A DNA stretch of 64,000 nt from Candidatus Latescibacterota bacterium. GTDB lineage: Bacteria > Latescibacterota > UBA2968 > GCA-2709665. The stretch spans positions 1,920,001-1,984,000 of the forward strand of contig OZ244744.1 of the NCBI GenBank assembly GCA_965219455.1. Direction: 5' to 3'. The notes below the pieces were generated by a model, which had not been told where the DNA came from, made no database searches, and saw only the letters and a list, made by a program, of their open reading frames with translations. Of this stretch, positions 31,178 to 41,080 are shown in pieces. Positions within the stretch are counted from its first letter, which is position 1. Each line of letters opens with the position of its first letter. Both the position numbers and the translations under genes were made by a program.

Positions 31178-31948
31178 CTATTGCAACTCGAGTTCCACCC
31201 ACTTTGAGGCCATGCGGCGGATACGCGGCTTCTCGCTGTTCAGAAAATCGTCGGTGAAGGCCCTGCCCGGCTGGCTGTACTGGAACCGGGCCATCAGATC
31301 GATCAAGACGCGGTGGTTCGCCTTCAATATCTCAACGTGCTCAGGCTCGGTGGCCTCCGGAACGAAATTCACCGCCAGGTGGCGCCTTCCCACCGCGCCG
31401 CCGTAGGCCGCGTGCCAGATGTTCATGTTCAGGAACAAAACGTCTCCCGGAGTGGATTCCAGGAAGTAGCACGGTACGTCCGCACCGGGCACGCCCATTT
31501 TATCCATGGGCTTCAACGCCTCATGAAACGGCAGGCGGTGGGATCCGGGGATCACCCGCAGACAGCCGGTGTCTTTGGTGAGGGTATCCAGATACAGAGA
31601 GACCTTCATCGGCGGAAAGTTCGGTCGGCTACCGTCGGGATGCCATTCCGTTTCGCCCACGTACAGATTGCCCTCGGAGCAGAGCCAGTGAAACCCGGGG
31701 CCCAGCAGGCGTTCCACGGTCACATAGATGCGGTCGTCCTCGACGAGATCCGTCAGCAGCGGATGGTGCTCTGCGATTCCATAGAGCGACTGCCGTATCT
31801 CGCCGGGAAAAGGCCGGCCGTCCCGGTCTTTCTCGAGCAGGTCGTCGAATGTACGGCCGATCGCGTCCATCTCCTCCGGGCCGAACGCCCCGCGCAGCGC
31901 AAGAAAGCCGAACGTCCGGAAAAATTCAACCTGTTGATCGGTAATCAT
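31178..31948 (-). CDS. PhyH family dioxygenase
   Basis: MITDQQVEFFRTFGFL, WHPD, GCLRVIPGSH, WHA...RR. Confidence 0.9.
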   Translation of the reverse strand: MITDQQVEFFRTFGFLALRGAFGPEEMDAIGRTFDDLLEKDRDGRPFPGEIRQSLYGIAEHHPLLTDLVEDDRIYVTVERLLGPGFHWLCSEGNLYVGETEWHPDGSRPNFPPMKVSLYLDTLTKDTGCLRVIPGSHRLPFHEALKPMDKMGVPGADVPCYFLESTPGDVLFLNMNIWHAAYGGAVGRRHLAVNFVPEATEPEHVEILKANHRVLIDLMARFQYSQPGRAFTDDFLNSEKPRIRRMASKWVELELQ

Positions 31949-33225
31949 ACCCTCTCCTTTCGCAGTGTCGAATCGCCTGTCCTGTTGCCCCGTTGAGATG
32001 TCCCGATGCAGCCGGGGCGCGGTCCCTGTTCCGGTTCGATGTTCCACTTTACCAGACCGACGTCCCGGGGGCCGTACAGTCCGGGTCCATAGACGTCATC
32101 CCGCTGGCGATAGCCCGTCCCGTAGGCGGTCAGAATCGACCCGTCAGGGAGCACAAGTGAGGACGTCGTGTGGGGACTCGCCTGCCAGGCGCCGGAGCGC
32201 AGCTTTCCGGCGGGCGAGGGCGAACCCTGTTTGTTTCCTGTCCAGGCGGCGAGGATATAGCGGCGTTCCAGGTCCCACGTCTGGCCGTTGTCGGGGCTCA
32301 CCACCGCCTCGATGCCGAACCGCGGGTAACCCTCAGCGGTGTCGGGATAGCCGAGGCGAACCACGTACGTGGCTACAATGGAGTCACACGGCAGAAGCGC
32401 CGTACTGGCGTGATGGCGCCCCCAGTCGTAGAGCTGATGGACCTCGCTCCAGGTGTAACCGTTGTCTTTCGAGATGGATATTCCGAAACCTTCGTAGTGA
32501 TCGAATCGACAGCTCCCGTACGCCTCGGGCGGATCGGTCCGGCAGGTTGCGACGATATCGCCGGTGGCCGCTCGAATCGGGCAGACTTCGTTGATGCCGA
32601 CAAACTCCGGAACATGATGGGCGCCGGTCCAGGTTCTCCCGGCGTCCGAGCTGAATCTGACGTAGGCCTGGGAGGTCATGGTCTCGGAATCGCCGTAATA
32701 TCCCGTTTCCATAAGACGGGTCACCCCGCCCGTATTTGGATCCAGGTCCACCAGAACCGGATCCCAGGCCATCCACCTTTTTCCGCCCGGCGCCGGTTCC
32801 ACGGGCACCGTTTCTCCCCACGTCTCTCCAAAATCGGCGCTGAACCAGCGCAGAGGCGGATGCCAGGAATACATGATCAACCTGCCCTCGCCCAGGTAGG
32901 TCAGCGCGTGCCCCAGCCCGCAGCCGGGGTTGCCCCGCGCGTCGGTGTGTACGTACGCAGGATCGCTCCACGTGGCGCCCCCGTCGTCGCTGAACAGGAC
33001 CATGGCGAAGTGTATCCAGGGACTGCCGGGATAGTCGCAACTCAACAACATCAACACCCGGTCCTTCTCGGGCATATACACAATGTGGGGCACGGCCACC
33101 ACCCGATTCCAGCTTTCGGTCACAATCTGCGCCTGGGCGGGCAACTCGATCCGTTCCGCATCCGGACTCAATCGAATGACGCTGTGTTCATTCCACTGGC
33201 TGCTTTGTGAGGATGGCGAATTCAT
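31945..33225 (-). CDS. Sialidase-like BNR/Asp-box beta-propeller protein
   Basis: Asp boxes SDDGGATW, SADFGETW, SSDAGRTW, SKDNGYTW, SPDNGQTW. Confidence 0.85.
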   Translation of the reverse strand: MNSPSSQSSQWNEHSVIRLSPDAERIELPAQAQIVTESWNRVVAVPHIVYMPEKDRVLMLLSCDYPGSPWIHFAMVLFSDDGGATWSDPAYVHTDARGNPGCGLGHALTYLGEGRLIMYSWHPPLRWFSADFGETWGETVPVEPAPGGKRWMAWDPVLVDLDPNTGGVTRLMETGYYGDSETMTSQAYVRFSSDAGRTWTGAHHVPEFVGINEVCPIRAATGDIVATCRTDPPEAYGSCRFDHYEGFGISISKDNGYTWSEVHQLYDWGRHHASTALLPCDSIVATYVVRLGYPDTAEGYPRFGIEAVVSPDNGQTWDLERRYILAAWTGNKQGSPSPAGKLRSGAWQASPHTTSSLVLPDGSILTAYGTGYRQRDDVYGPGLYGPRDVGLVKWNIEPEQGPRPGCIGTSQRGNRTGDSTLRKERV

Positions 33226-33258
33226 GTCCTGATCTCGTCCACCAATCACATGGACCCG

Positions 33259-34251
33259 TTACAGGTTGACCCAGCTGTTCTCCGTGGATGACGAAACCAC
33301 GGCATCCAGGATCCGGAGCACGCGCAGGCCGTCCGAAACCGGGATGGGCGGGGGAGCGCCCGACGTCGCCGCCTCGACGAACGCGGCCAACTCCCGATAG
33401 CACATCTGGGCGAGGTCGTCGCCGGGGATGCGGAGGACCGTGGGGTGCGCGTATTCGGGAATCACCCGGCTCTCAATCGTCACCACGTCGCCTTTCCAGT
33501 CTCCGCGCACGCGTCCGCGGGTACCGAACACGTCCACGAAGTCGTAGCCGACGCCGGAAGCCTGGGAGACGGAGAACGTCGCGACGGCCCCACCCTTCAG
33601 GCACACGGTGTATACCGACGTATCGTCCGTCCCGCCGGGCGTCCATCGCACGGTTCCCGACACGGCTTCGGCATCGTCGCCCGTCATCCACAGCACCTGG
33701 TCGGTCAGATGGGAACCCAGAAAGAGAAGCTGGCCGCCCCCTTCCGCGTAAGGCCCCCCGAGCCATCCGCCCAGCGGACCGCCGCCCTTTCCAGCCGTTA
33801 CGAAGCTGACGTCGCCAACCGCCCCGCGATCGAGCAGTGACTTGATGAACATCCGGCTGAGAGAATACCGCATGCAATAGCCCACCATCGCCACCACGCC
33901 CCGCCGGGCGGCGGCTTCCACCACCTCGGCGCCCTCCGCCGCGTTGAGTCCCATGGGCTTCTCTATAAAGACGTGCTTTCCGGCGTTAATCGCCGAGAGC
34001 GCCACCTCCTTCAGGTGGCGGTGCGGGACGGCCACAATCACCGCGTCCACGTCCCCGCTGGCAGTAACTTCCTCCGAATTAACGTGTACCCTTTCGATCC
34101 GTAACGCTTCGGCCAGTTGTTGCGCCCTGGCTTCATCCACGTCCGCGCACGAAACCAGACGCGCGGATTCGATACGGTCGAAAGCCGGCGCGAGATTGAG
34201 GCGGGTCTGCCCGCCGCAACCGACCAAACCGACACGCAATGACTGCGACAT
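33259..34251 (-). CDS. Gfo/Idh/MocA family oxidoreductase
   Basis: VGLVGCG, GKHVFIEKP, GGGQL...SHLTD. Confidence 0.92.
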   Translation of the reverse strand: MSQSLRVGLVGCGGQTRLNLAPAFDRIESARLVSCADVDEARAQQLAEALRIERVHVNSEEVTASGDVDAVIVAVPHRHLKEVALSAINAGKHVFIEKPMGLNAAEGAEVVEAAARRGVVAMVGYCMRYSLSRMFIKSLLDRGAVGDVSFVTAGKGGGPLGGWLGGPYAEGGGQLLFLGSHLTDQVLWMTGDDAEAVSGTVRWTPGGTDDTSVYTVCLKGGAVATFSVSQASGVGYDFVDVFGTRGRVRGDWKGDVVTIESRVIPEYAHPTVLRIPGDDLAQMCYRELAAFVEAATSGAPPPIPVSDGLRVLRILDAVVSSSTENSWVNL

Positions 34252-34392
34252 GGAAATCCTCCTATTAAGACGCGTGGGTCACATACAATGTACGTATTGC
34301 TAGACCGTTTTGCCAGTTACACGTACCGAGGCTCGTTTCAGCTGTGACATACAGATTCACTCGTTAAAATAACACCATTGCCCAAAAAATCA

Positions 34393-34446
34393 TTGACAAT
34401 AAATACCACAACTGTTATAATAGGCTATAACAGTTGTCTAAGGAGG
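34393..34446 (+). promoter_or_regulatory. Consensus sigma70 promoter with overlapping 12-bp inverted-repeat operator and RBS
   Basis: TTGACA (34393)-N17-TATAAT (34416); ACAACTGTTATA-N6-TATAACAGTTGT (34408-34437); AAGGAGG at 34440. Confidence 0.9.
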
Positions 34447-34450
34447 GATC

Positions 34451-35404
34451 ATGCGTTTTTCAGTCGATCCGGATTCCAGAACATCCATCTACCTTCAAAT
34501 TAAAGACCAGATCCTATATGCCATTTCTGTGGGAGAGCTTCGCCCAGGGGATGATCTACCATCCATTCGGGAACTGGAAGCGGAACTCGGTGTGAACCGC
34601 AATACCATTCGCCGGGCTTACCTGGAACTTGAAAACGAGGGGACACTGACCATCCGGCAGGGGAAAAAGGCCGAGGTTGCCGCTGGTCCCCTTCGTCACC
34701 ATGGACGAACATCCGTTTCGCACGCTGAGGGGTTAGCCCGGAGGATGGTGAAAGAAGCCGAGGCGAATGGGTTTGATGGAATTCAGTTTGTGTCGGCATT
34801 TGAAAGGGCCGCCATCGATCACGATAAGCGCTACGCGAAGTGCGCCTTCATCGAATGCAGTCAATACCAGGCGGACGATTTCGCGGTCGCAGCCCGCAGC
34901 GCATTGGGCCACCATGTAATTGGGATAGACTTAAATCGACTGCGGGAGAATATAGGGTTGCTTCCCTCCTCGACACAATTTGTGCTGACCACTCACTGGC
35001 ACCTCGCGGAAGTTCAGCGGCGACTTAAACAGCGGGTCAAAGCCATACAAGGCGTGAGCGTGGATCTCTCCCGGGCATTTTACGAAGGCGCCCGCAGGTT
35101 GAGCGGCTTGGCGACAGGCCTGATCCTCCGGGACCCCGAGTCCGTACCCGGATACCGGAAGCTGGTCCGGGAACTTGCCGAGGTCAAAGGCGACGTATCG
35201 GCGGCATTGATGGGCAACCACGACGCCCAGAAACTCTTGTACACCGTCGAAGGGCTCGTCTACACCACACCATGCAGGGGCTATATAGCCAACCACGCGC
35301 CGGCACATCTTCTCACTCAAGAATTGCTTTACGAACCCGACTCTGAAGATCTCGTTCGCATCAGGGATGTTTTTTTTCCGCCTGACAAAGGAGGTTTGGA
35401 ATGA
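34451..35404 (+). CDS. GntR family regulator (YtrA-like HTH plus long C-terminal domain)
   Basis: IYLQIKDQI...GELRPGDDLPSIREL...VNRNTIRRAYLELE. Confidence 0.9.
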   Translation: MRFSVDPDSRTSIYLQIKDQILYAISVGELRPGDDLPSIRELEAELGVNRNTIRRAYLELENEGTLTIRQGKKAEVAAGPLRHHGRTSVSHAEGLARRMVKEAEANGFDGIQFVSAFERAAIDHDKRYAKCAFIECSQYQADDFAVAARSALGHHVIGIDLNRLRENIGLLPSSTQFVLTTHWHLAEVQRRLKQRVKAIQGVSVDLSRAFYEGARRLSGLATGLILRDPESVPGYRKLVRELAEVKGDVSAALMGNHDAQKLLYTVEGLVYTTPCRGYIANHAPAHLLTQELLYEPDSEDLVRIRDVFFPPDKGGLE

Positions 35405-37236
35405 ATCTTCATCGTGCAACGTTGGTTTTGGTCGTAATTCTTGCTCATACAGTGCGAGTAGAGGCCCATGCTGATGAAGGCGCAAAGCCAAGCCGAACGC
35501 AAATAAGGCTAACTCTCCAGAAGCTTGCCGAGCGCCTCAAGCAGCTCGCGGTCGTTGATCGCGGATACGAGTTGGGTGAGAAGATAAAGCTTGTCTTGGC
35601 AAAAAACGAGGCGGCTCGACTCAGGTGTGTTGATAATCCTTACGGTTTACAGGAAATCCTCGTCGGCTGGATTTCCGATGATGTTTCCCTGGGCATTTCA
35701 GGCAACCTTGTCGACCTGCGTTTTGTGTTTGATAAAGGGAGAATTGAGGGCGGAGGAGCTTCTTTGCCCCGGTCCAAGGGCTTCCTTCGACAATTCCGTT
35801 CCACGCCTTGCCTGGCGGTCGCCAGATATGACCTCGTGGACGGTAAACTTGTGGCCGACTTCCGGGTGCAGACCGATCCGGCCGAGAACCGGAAAACTTA
35901 CGAAGAATATCTAAAGATCGGCGGAATAGCTCTGCAGCAAAGAGGAAATTGGAATGTGTTGACTGGTACGGATCATATACCGGTCCCGAAACTCACTGCC
36001 AGCGAACGCGTGGCAGGGTTTGCCCGCCTCTGGAGTGAGGTGAAATACAACTTCGCGTTTTTTGATCAGATTCCGGATCTCGACTGGGACGCCGTGATGG
36101 AAGAATATCTTCCAAGAGTGTTGGAAGAGCAATCATTTGATGAGTACTACCGGTTGTTGCAGCGCTGCATTGCCCGGCTCAAAGATGGTCATACGGGAGT
36201 TTGGCCACGAGTGGGAACCAGAGCGACAGACGGTCCACCTTTGCTCATACGTCCAGTCGAAGGTAAGGCAATTGTTGCCGATATCGGCACATCCAAGGAG
36301 ATCGATGGGGCGAACTTGAAACTTGGAGACGAGATTACCCATGTCGATGGCGTTTCGGTGCAGGATCTGCTGGAACAGGACATTTATCCCTACATATTTG
36401 CATCAACGCCGCAGGGGCGGGACCTTGAGGCCCACGGGAAACTCCTTGAGGGACCCAAAAACAGTTCCGTCAATATTCGCATTCGGGGTTCCGATGGCGC
36501 CACGCGGGATTTGACATTGATCCGTCGTTCAAATTGGGAAGATAAACCGTGGACTCAGCTTCCGAGCTTTGAATTCAAAGAAATGACCCTTGGGATCGCC
36601 TATGTGGCAATCCGCACGTTTGGTTCCGGGGATGTTGTTGAACAGTTCGATGAAATCTATCGTAACGTCCAAGAGGCCAGGGGACTCATCATTGACGTGA
36701 GGGAAAACGGGGGCGGCGATACACACAATGCGTCCGGCATCATCAGCTATCTGACCGACAGAACTCTAAGTGGATCCCACTGGAAGACACGGCAATATAT
36801 GCCTTCATTTCGAGCCTGGAATCAGGAAGAGAATTGGCACGAAGGGGTGCACGACCCTGTCCGGCCGGGAACGCAGAATCCCTTTCTCGGTCCACTTGTC
36901 GTTTTGATCGGACCGGGTACAGTCAGTGCGGCGGAAGACTTCTTGATCACTTTGCATCACAGTGGTCGGGCAACGCTGGTTGGAGAGAGAACGGCAGGAA
37001 CCACGGGTCAACCGCTTTTTGTCTCTCTCCCGGCCGGCATGGCCAGGATCTGTACCAAACGAGATACCTATCCAGACGGGAGGGAATTTGTCGGAATCGG
37101 CGTCATTCCGGATGTAGAGGTCCATCCAACCCGGGAGGACATATCCAGCGGCCGCGACGCGGTCCTGGAAAGGGCGATGGACGTAGTCAGAACCAGCGCC
37201 GCTTCGTGGTCGAAGCCTGAAGAGAGTGACAAGTAA
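35401..37236 (+). CDS. S41 family peptidase, secreted
   Basis: LKDGH, PDZ-like segment, IIDVRENGGG, TVSAAE, GERTAG, GVIPD. Confidence 0.9.
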   Translation: MNLHRATLVLVVILAHTVRVEAHADEGAKPSRTQIRLTLQKLAERLKQLAVVDRGYELGEKIKLVLAKNEAARLRCVDNPYGLQEILVGWISDDVSLGISGNLVDLRFVFDKGRIEGGGASLPRSKGFLRQFRSTPCLAVARYDLVDGKLVADFRVQTDPAENRKTYEEYLKIGGIALQQRGNWNVLTGTDHIPVPKLTASERVAGFARLWSEVKYNFAFFDQIPDLDWDAVMEEYLPRVLEEQSFDEYYRLLQRCIARLKDGHTGVWPRVGTRATDGPPLLIRPVEGKAIVADIGTSKEIDGANLKLGDEITHVDGVSVQDLLEQDIYPYIFASTPQGRDLEAHGKLLEGPKNSSVNIRIRGSDGATRDLTLIRRSNWEDKPWTQLPSFEFKEMTLGIAYVAIRTFGSGDVVEQFDEIYRNVQEARGLIIDVRENGGGDTHNASGIISYLTDRTLSGSHWKTRQYMPSFRAWNQEENWHEGVHDPVRPGTQNPFLGPLVVLIGPGTVSAAEDFLITLHHSGRATLVGERTAGTTGQPLFVSLPAGMARICTKRDTYPDGREFVGIGVIPDVEVHPTREDISSGRDAVLERAMDVVRTSAASWSKPEESDK

Positions 37237-37354
37237 GGTCGTTTGCTTTCTGTGCGCGATTTACCGGAATGGGTTTTGGCGCAGCGTTGCGGGAAAAATC
37301 TCAGGGTCGAAATCTACGTCAAGACTAAAGGTTTTCCGACCGGTACGGGCGTAT

Positions 37355-40300
37355 TCAAAGCCCCAGCATCGAAAGGGTCCCGTCCGAGCAACCGAGCAGC
37401 AGGCGGCCTTCACCGTGGGACGTCAGGGCGTGAATCTTCGCCTCTGTACGGTGAATGCCCAGCGTGCGTCCATCTCCGTCCAGTATCCATACGCTCCCGT
37501 CCTCACATCCGGCGACAATTTCCGGCCGGCCATCTCCATTGACGTCTGTGACAACCAGCCGGCGCACGGGCGCCTCCAGGTTGCGCCGCCATCGCTCGGC
37601 GCCGTTTTCATCGAACAGGTAGATGTAGAAACAATCCGATCCGGCCGCGACTTCGGGCCTCCCATCCCCGTCCACGTCCACCGCCGCAACCGCGTGCACC
37701 TCTTCGCCCACATCCCGTGTCCACCTGGGTGTCAGAGAATCGCCGTCCAGCCGAAGCGCGTGAACCTTCGACCGGGTCGTACCGCACGCGATCAGATTGT
37801 CGCCATTTTCGTACAGATACACGTCGCACCCCGGTAGCATCGACGGCCAACCGTCCAGCCCGTTGCTGGCGATTTGGCTGCCGTCCGCGTCCAGCACATA
37901 GCACGTTCCCCCGCAGGAAATCCGGCCCGGCCCGCCGACCACCTCGGGACGGCCGTCTCCGTCCACGTCCGCCAGGCAAAAGGGGTCGAAGATCCCGTAA
38001 ATGAAGAAATTCCAGCGTTTGTTGCCGTCCGCGTCGAAACAGTGGAGTTGCCGATCCGTGACCGCCGCAAGAATATCCGGCCGTCCCGTGCCTCGAAGAT
38101 CCGCGGACTTCACCAGTTCAACGGACGAATTGCGGGTATACCATTCCCACCCTCCTCGAAAGATCGCGAACTCGTGGGACCATCGCACGGCGCCTTCTCC
38201 ATCCAGATAGTAGAGACACCGGTTGTTCGCCCCTGCCGCCACCGGGGCGCGGTCGTCCTCGGCCTGCCCCGCCGCGCACACCGACAGCACCGCATCCCCC
38301 GCGTGGAACGTCCAGTCGGTTTCTCCTTCCTGCGTCGTCGCGACCACGCGCCCGTCCTGCGTTCCCGCAACCGCACCATCCCCCCTGCGCGCCACGCATC
38401 GTACCGCCGAACCGAAGTCGCGCGACCATACAGGGCGCAGGGATGCCGCCGATGCCGGCCGGAGGCGTTTCTGCGCAACAGCCCCCCAATCGTCCAGGCG
38501 CCACACGCGGTCCGGTATGCCGCCACTGACCACGGGCGCCTGGCGCACGCGCTGTTTTCCTGCCGGGAGCGTATGTGCCTCTCCGCACAACGCCGCGTTT
38601 GCGGGTTCAGATACGTCCACCGCACCGACGCCCGTCTCCAGGTCGAACTCAACGGACACCGGCGCGTCGCTTTCGAATAGCGTTGTTTCCCCGCGCAACA
38701 GCCTGCCTCCCAAAAGAGAAAACCATCCATCTCCGATCGCGTAGGCATCGGCACTGCCGGAAATCGGTCCCATCGCAAACGAGCCGTCCGCGCCGCCGGT
38801 CCCGATGAGCATTCGCCCCTTCGATCCCTCGATCAGGACCGCGGTCTCTGCCACGCGCCGCATCCGTACGTCCAGCGGTTTCGCATCGTTTGTCGCGTAG
38901 AACAGATTGATGAATGTATGCCTGTCTCCCACCTCCATCGTGCGGTTGACGGACTGACGCAGGATATTGACGTAGTCGTCCGAGTACGGATAGTCCTTCC
39001 ACCAATGCCCGAAAGCCTCCCAGTCCCGCTCCATATCAATACGGTCACCGCCCATGCCTTCCACGACGAACCGATCCTCGCGCCCGTCATCCGGTTCCTT
39101 CTGGACGGTCTCCAGCCGATTCCCGTCCAGCGTGGGCGTACCCAGCGTCCGCCAGTTGCATTGGAGCGCGAACGCACCCGCTTCAGTGGCCTGGATTTCA
39201 TCGATGACGACGAAGAACCGGCCGACCCTCCACACCATACTTCGGGTCCACCGCGCTCCCGATTCCACTTCCATCGACGTACGGCTCATACCCATACGGT
39301 CGAGGTCCGCCAGCCCCTCCAGACGGCACAGCGCGGGCACCTGCCAGGGCTCTCCGTTTCGAACCGCCGTGCACCCGTTGTGATGTTTCAGGGTGGGCCC
39401 CTCCGTGTAAGAGGCATCTACCAGGAACACCCGGTCGTTCGCGGAGAACTCCACAATTGTGTTTCCGTCGTCGTGCCCGTGGTTGCCGTAGGAGATCCCG
39501 TGCAGCATCAGGTATTGATCGTCCCGGTCGAATCCCTCACGGAAACACAGGGTGTCGAACGCCTCTTCGCGCGGCAGGTTGAGGGGCTTCACTTCCGACG
39601 GTCGCGCCTTCGGGTCGGTGGCGAAATCGTAGAACCCCTTCGCGACCTCCAGCACCCGCACGCCTGCCATTTCCCGGGGCGCTTCGGGCGCCAGACCGTC
39701 GCCGAAATATTTATCGAATCCATGGATAAGCGAAACCCGGTCCGACCGCGTGCGAATCAGGAACTCCGCGCGGCCGTCGCGCAGCACATGCCCCGCCTTC
39801 ACCAGGAAACTCGCCGGCGGCGGCACCTGGGACCCCCCCGAGTCGCCGAATGGCGGCATCGCCCCACGGTTGTTGCAGTACATCACCGCCTGGTCCAGCG
39901 ACCGGAGGCAGTTACCGTTCTCAACGTACGTCATGTCCCCGCTGGCCAGCGTATAGGTCAGAAGATGGTCCAGTGTGGTCCACTGGTAGGCATTCGCATC
40001 CTCGGTGGGCTTGAACGATGCCGCCTGACCCTTGAACAGGTCCGCGGACGCGGCCTGCCACTCCTCCGCCTCCGGCATCCCGTAATGCGTGGCGAAGTAC
40101 CGACCCGCGAACCACGATGACAGCCCCACCAGCGTCTGGTGGTTCTGACGCACCATCCTGTGACCCACGCCCTCACGGAAAAATCTGTTGTATGCGCCTT
40201 CGTGCGAATCCATCAGCCACAGCAGATAGCGCGTGATCCGAAGGCGGTCCGCGTCGGAGAATACGGGGCTTTCTTCGATCAGGTCCCAGACCACCGCCAG

Positions 40301-41056
40301 CCACCACACGTTGAAATGCGCCATCACGCCGTGCTCCCCCATCTTCAGGTGCGCATCCACTGCCTCCCGAAGCGCCTCCGCATAGACGTCGTACCCCGTC
40401 CGATGATACGCGAAGCCCTGCCTTCCCGCCTCTGTAACCATCCCGTGGCCTGCCCCGGCTTCTGAGGCATACGGCTGGCTGACCTGCCGGATGTAGTCCT
40501 GCCGCCGCTCGTCGAGCCAACCGTCCGCCGGACGGGTGAGCGAATCGAAGGCGGGGCCCGGCGCGACGTCCATCAGCCACCCGAAACTCAGCCTCTCGCA
40601 AGCCCCGACCCGCGATAGAAAACGGGATGCAGCGCGGTCCAGCCCGTTTTCGTCGCTGGCTCCCAGCAGGACCACGTTCTTCCCGTTTCCCAGCAGGTTG
40701 TGCAGCGTACGGAGCGTATACCCTCCCTCGCCGGGATAACAGAGATCCTCTATGGCCCACCACTGGTGATACAGCCAGCGGACAAAGGGGTTGTCGGCCA
40801 TATTTCCCAGAGCGACCACGTGGCTGTCGAGCAGTCCCCTCGCGGCCGCCACATTGTCGGCGCAAACGACCGGCAGACGGGCGCCCGTGGCCGATTGAAT
40901 ACATTCCACGATGCGTTGCGCCTGCCGCTGGTGCTCCGGATTTTCCCCGATGACGATCTTCCCACCGGGTTCGCGGTCTGCCGCCAGCACCGTCTCCAGG
41001 TGCATTTGTTTCAACGTATCGATTTTCAGTCCGACCGGCCCTCGATCCGCGTCCAT
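37355..41056 (-). CDS. Heparinase-like protein with PQQ/FG-GAP propeller (paralogue 2)
   Basis: YPGEGGYTLRTLHN, RQNHQ, PFGD, HGHDDGN, HHNG, DVDGDG repeats. Confidence 0.8.
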   Translation of the reverse strand: MDADRGPVGLKIDTLKQMHLETVLAADREPGGKIVIGENPEHQRQAQRIVECIQSATGARLPVVCADNVAAARGLLDSHVVALGNMADNPFVRWLYHQWWAIEDLCYPGEGGYTLRTLHNLLGNGKNVVLLGASDENGLDRAASRFLSRVGACERLSFGWLMDVAPGPAFDSLTRPADGWLDERRQDYIRQVSQPYASEAGAGHGMVTEAGRQGFAYHRTGYDVYAEALREAVDAHLKMGEHGVMAHFNVWWLAVVWDLIEESPVFSDADRLRITRYLLWLMDSHEGAYNRFFREGVGHRMVRQNHQTLVGLSSWFAGRYFATHYGMPEAEEWQAASADLFKGQAASFKPTEDANAYQWTTLDHLLTYTLASGDMTYVENGNCLRSLDQAVMYCNNRGAMPPFGDSGGSQVPPPASFLVKAGHVLRDGRAEFLIRTRSDRVSLIHGFDKYFGDGLAPEAPREMAGVRVLEVAKGFYDFATDPKARPSEVKPLNLPREEAFDTLCFREGFDRDDQYLMLHGISYGNHGHDDGNTIVEFSANDRVFLVDASYTEGPTLKHHNGCTAVRNGEPWQVPALCRLEGLADLDRMGMSRTSMEVESGARWTRSMVWRVGRFFVVIDEIQATEAGAFALQCNWRTLGTPTLDGNRLETVQKEPDDGREDRFVVEGMGGDRIDMERDWEAFGHWWKDYPYSDDYVNILRQSVNRTMEVGDRHTFINLFYATNDAKPLDVRMRRVAETAVLIEGSKGRMLIGTGGADGSFAMGPISGSADAYAIGDGWFSLLGGRLLRGETTLFESDAPVSVEFDLETGVGAVDVSEPANAALCGEAHTLPAGKQRVRQAPVVSGGIPDRVWRLDDWGAVAQKRLRPASAASLRPVWSRDFGSAVRCVARRGDGAVAGTQDGRVVATTQEGETDWTFHAGDAVLSVCAAGQAEDDRAPVAAGANNRCLYYLDGEGAVRWSHEFAIFRGGWEWYTRNSSVELVKSADLRGTGRPDILAAVTDRQLHCFDADGNKRWNFFIYGIFDPFCLADVDGDGRPEVVGGPGRISCGGTCYVLDADGSQIASNGLDGWPSMLPGCDVYLYENGDNLIACGTTRSKVHALRLDGDSLTPRWTRDVGEEVHAVAAVDVDGDGRPEVAAGSDCFYIYLFDENGAERWRRNLEAPVRRLVVTDVNGDGRPEIVAGCEDGSVWILDGDGRTLGIHRTEAKIHALTSHGEGRLLLGCSDGTLSMLGL

Positions 41057-41080
41057 TTTTCCTCCTGACCGTTGTCCAGC

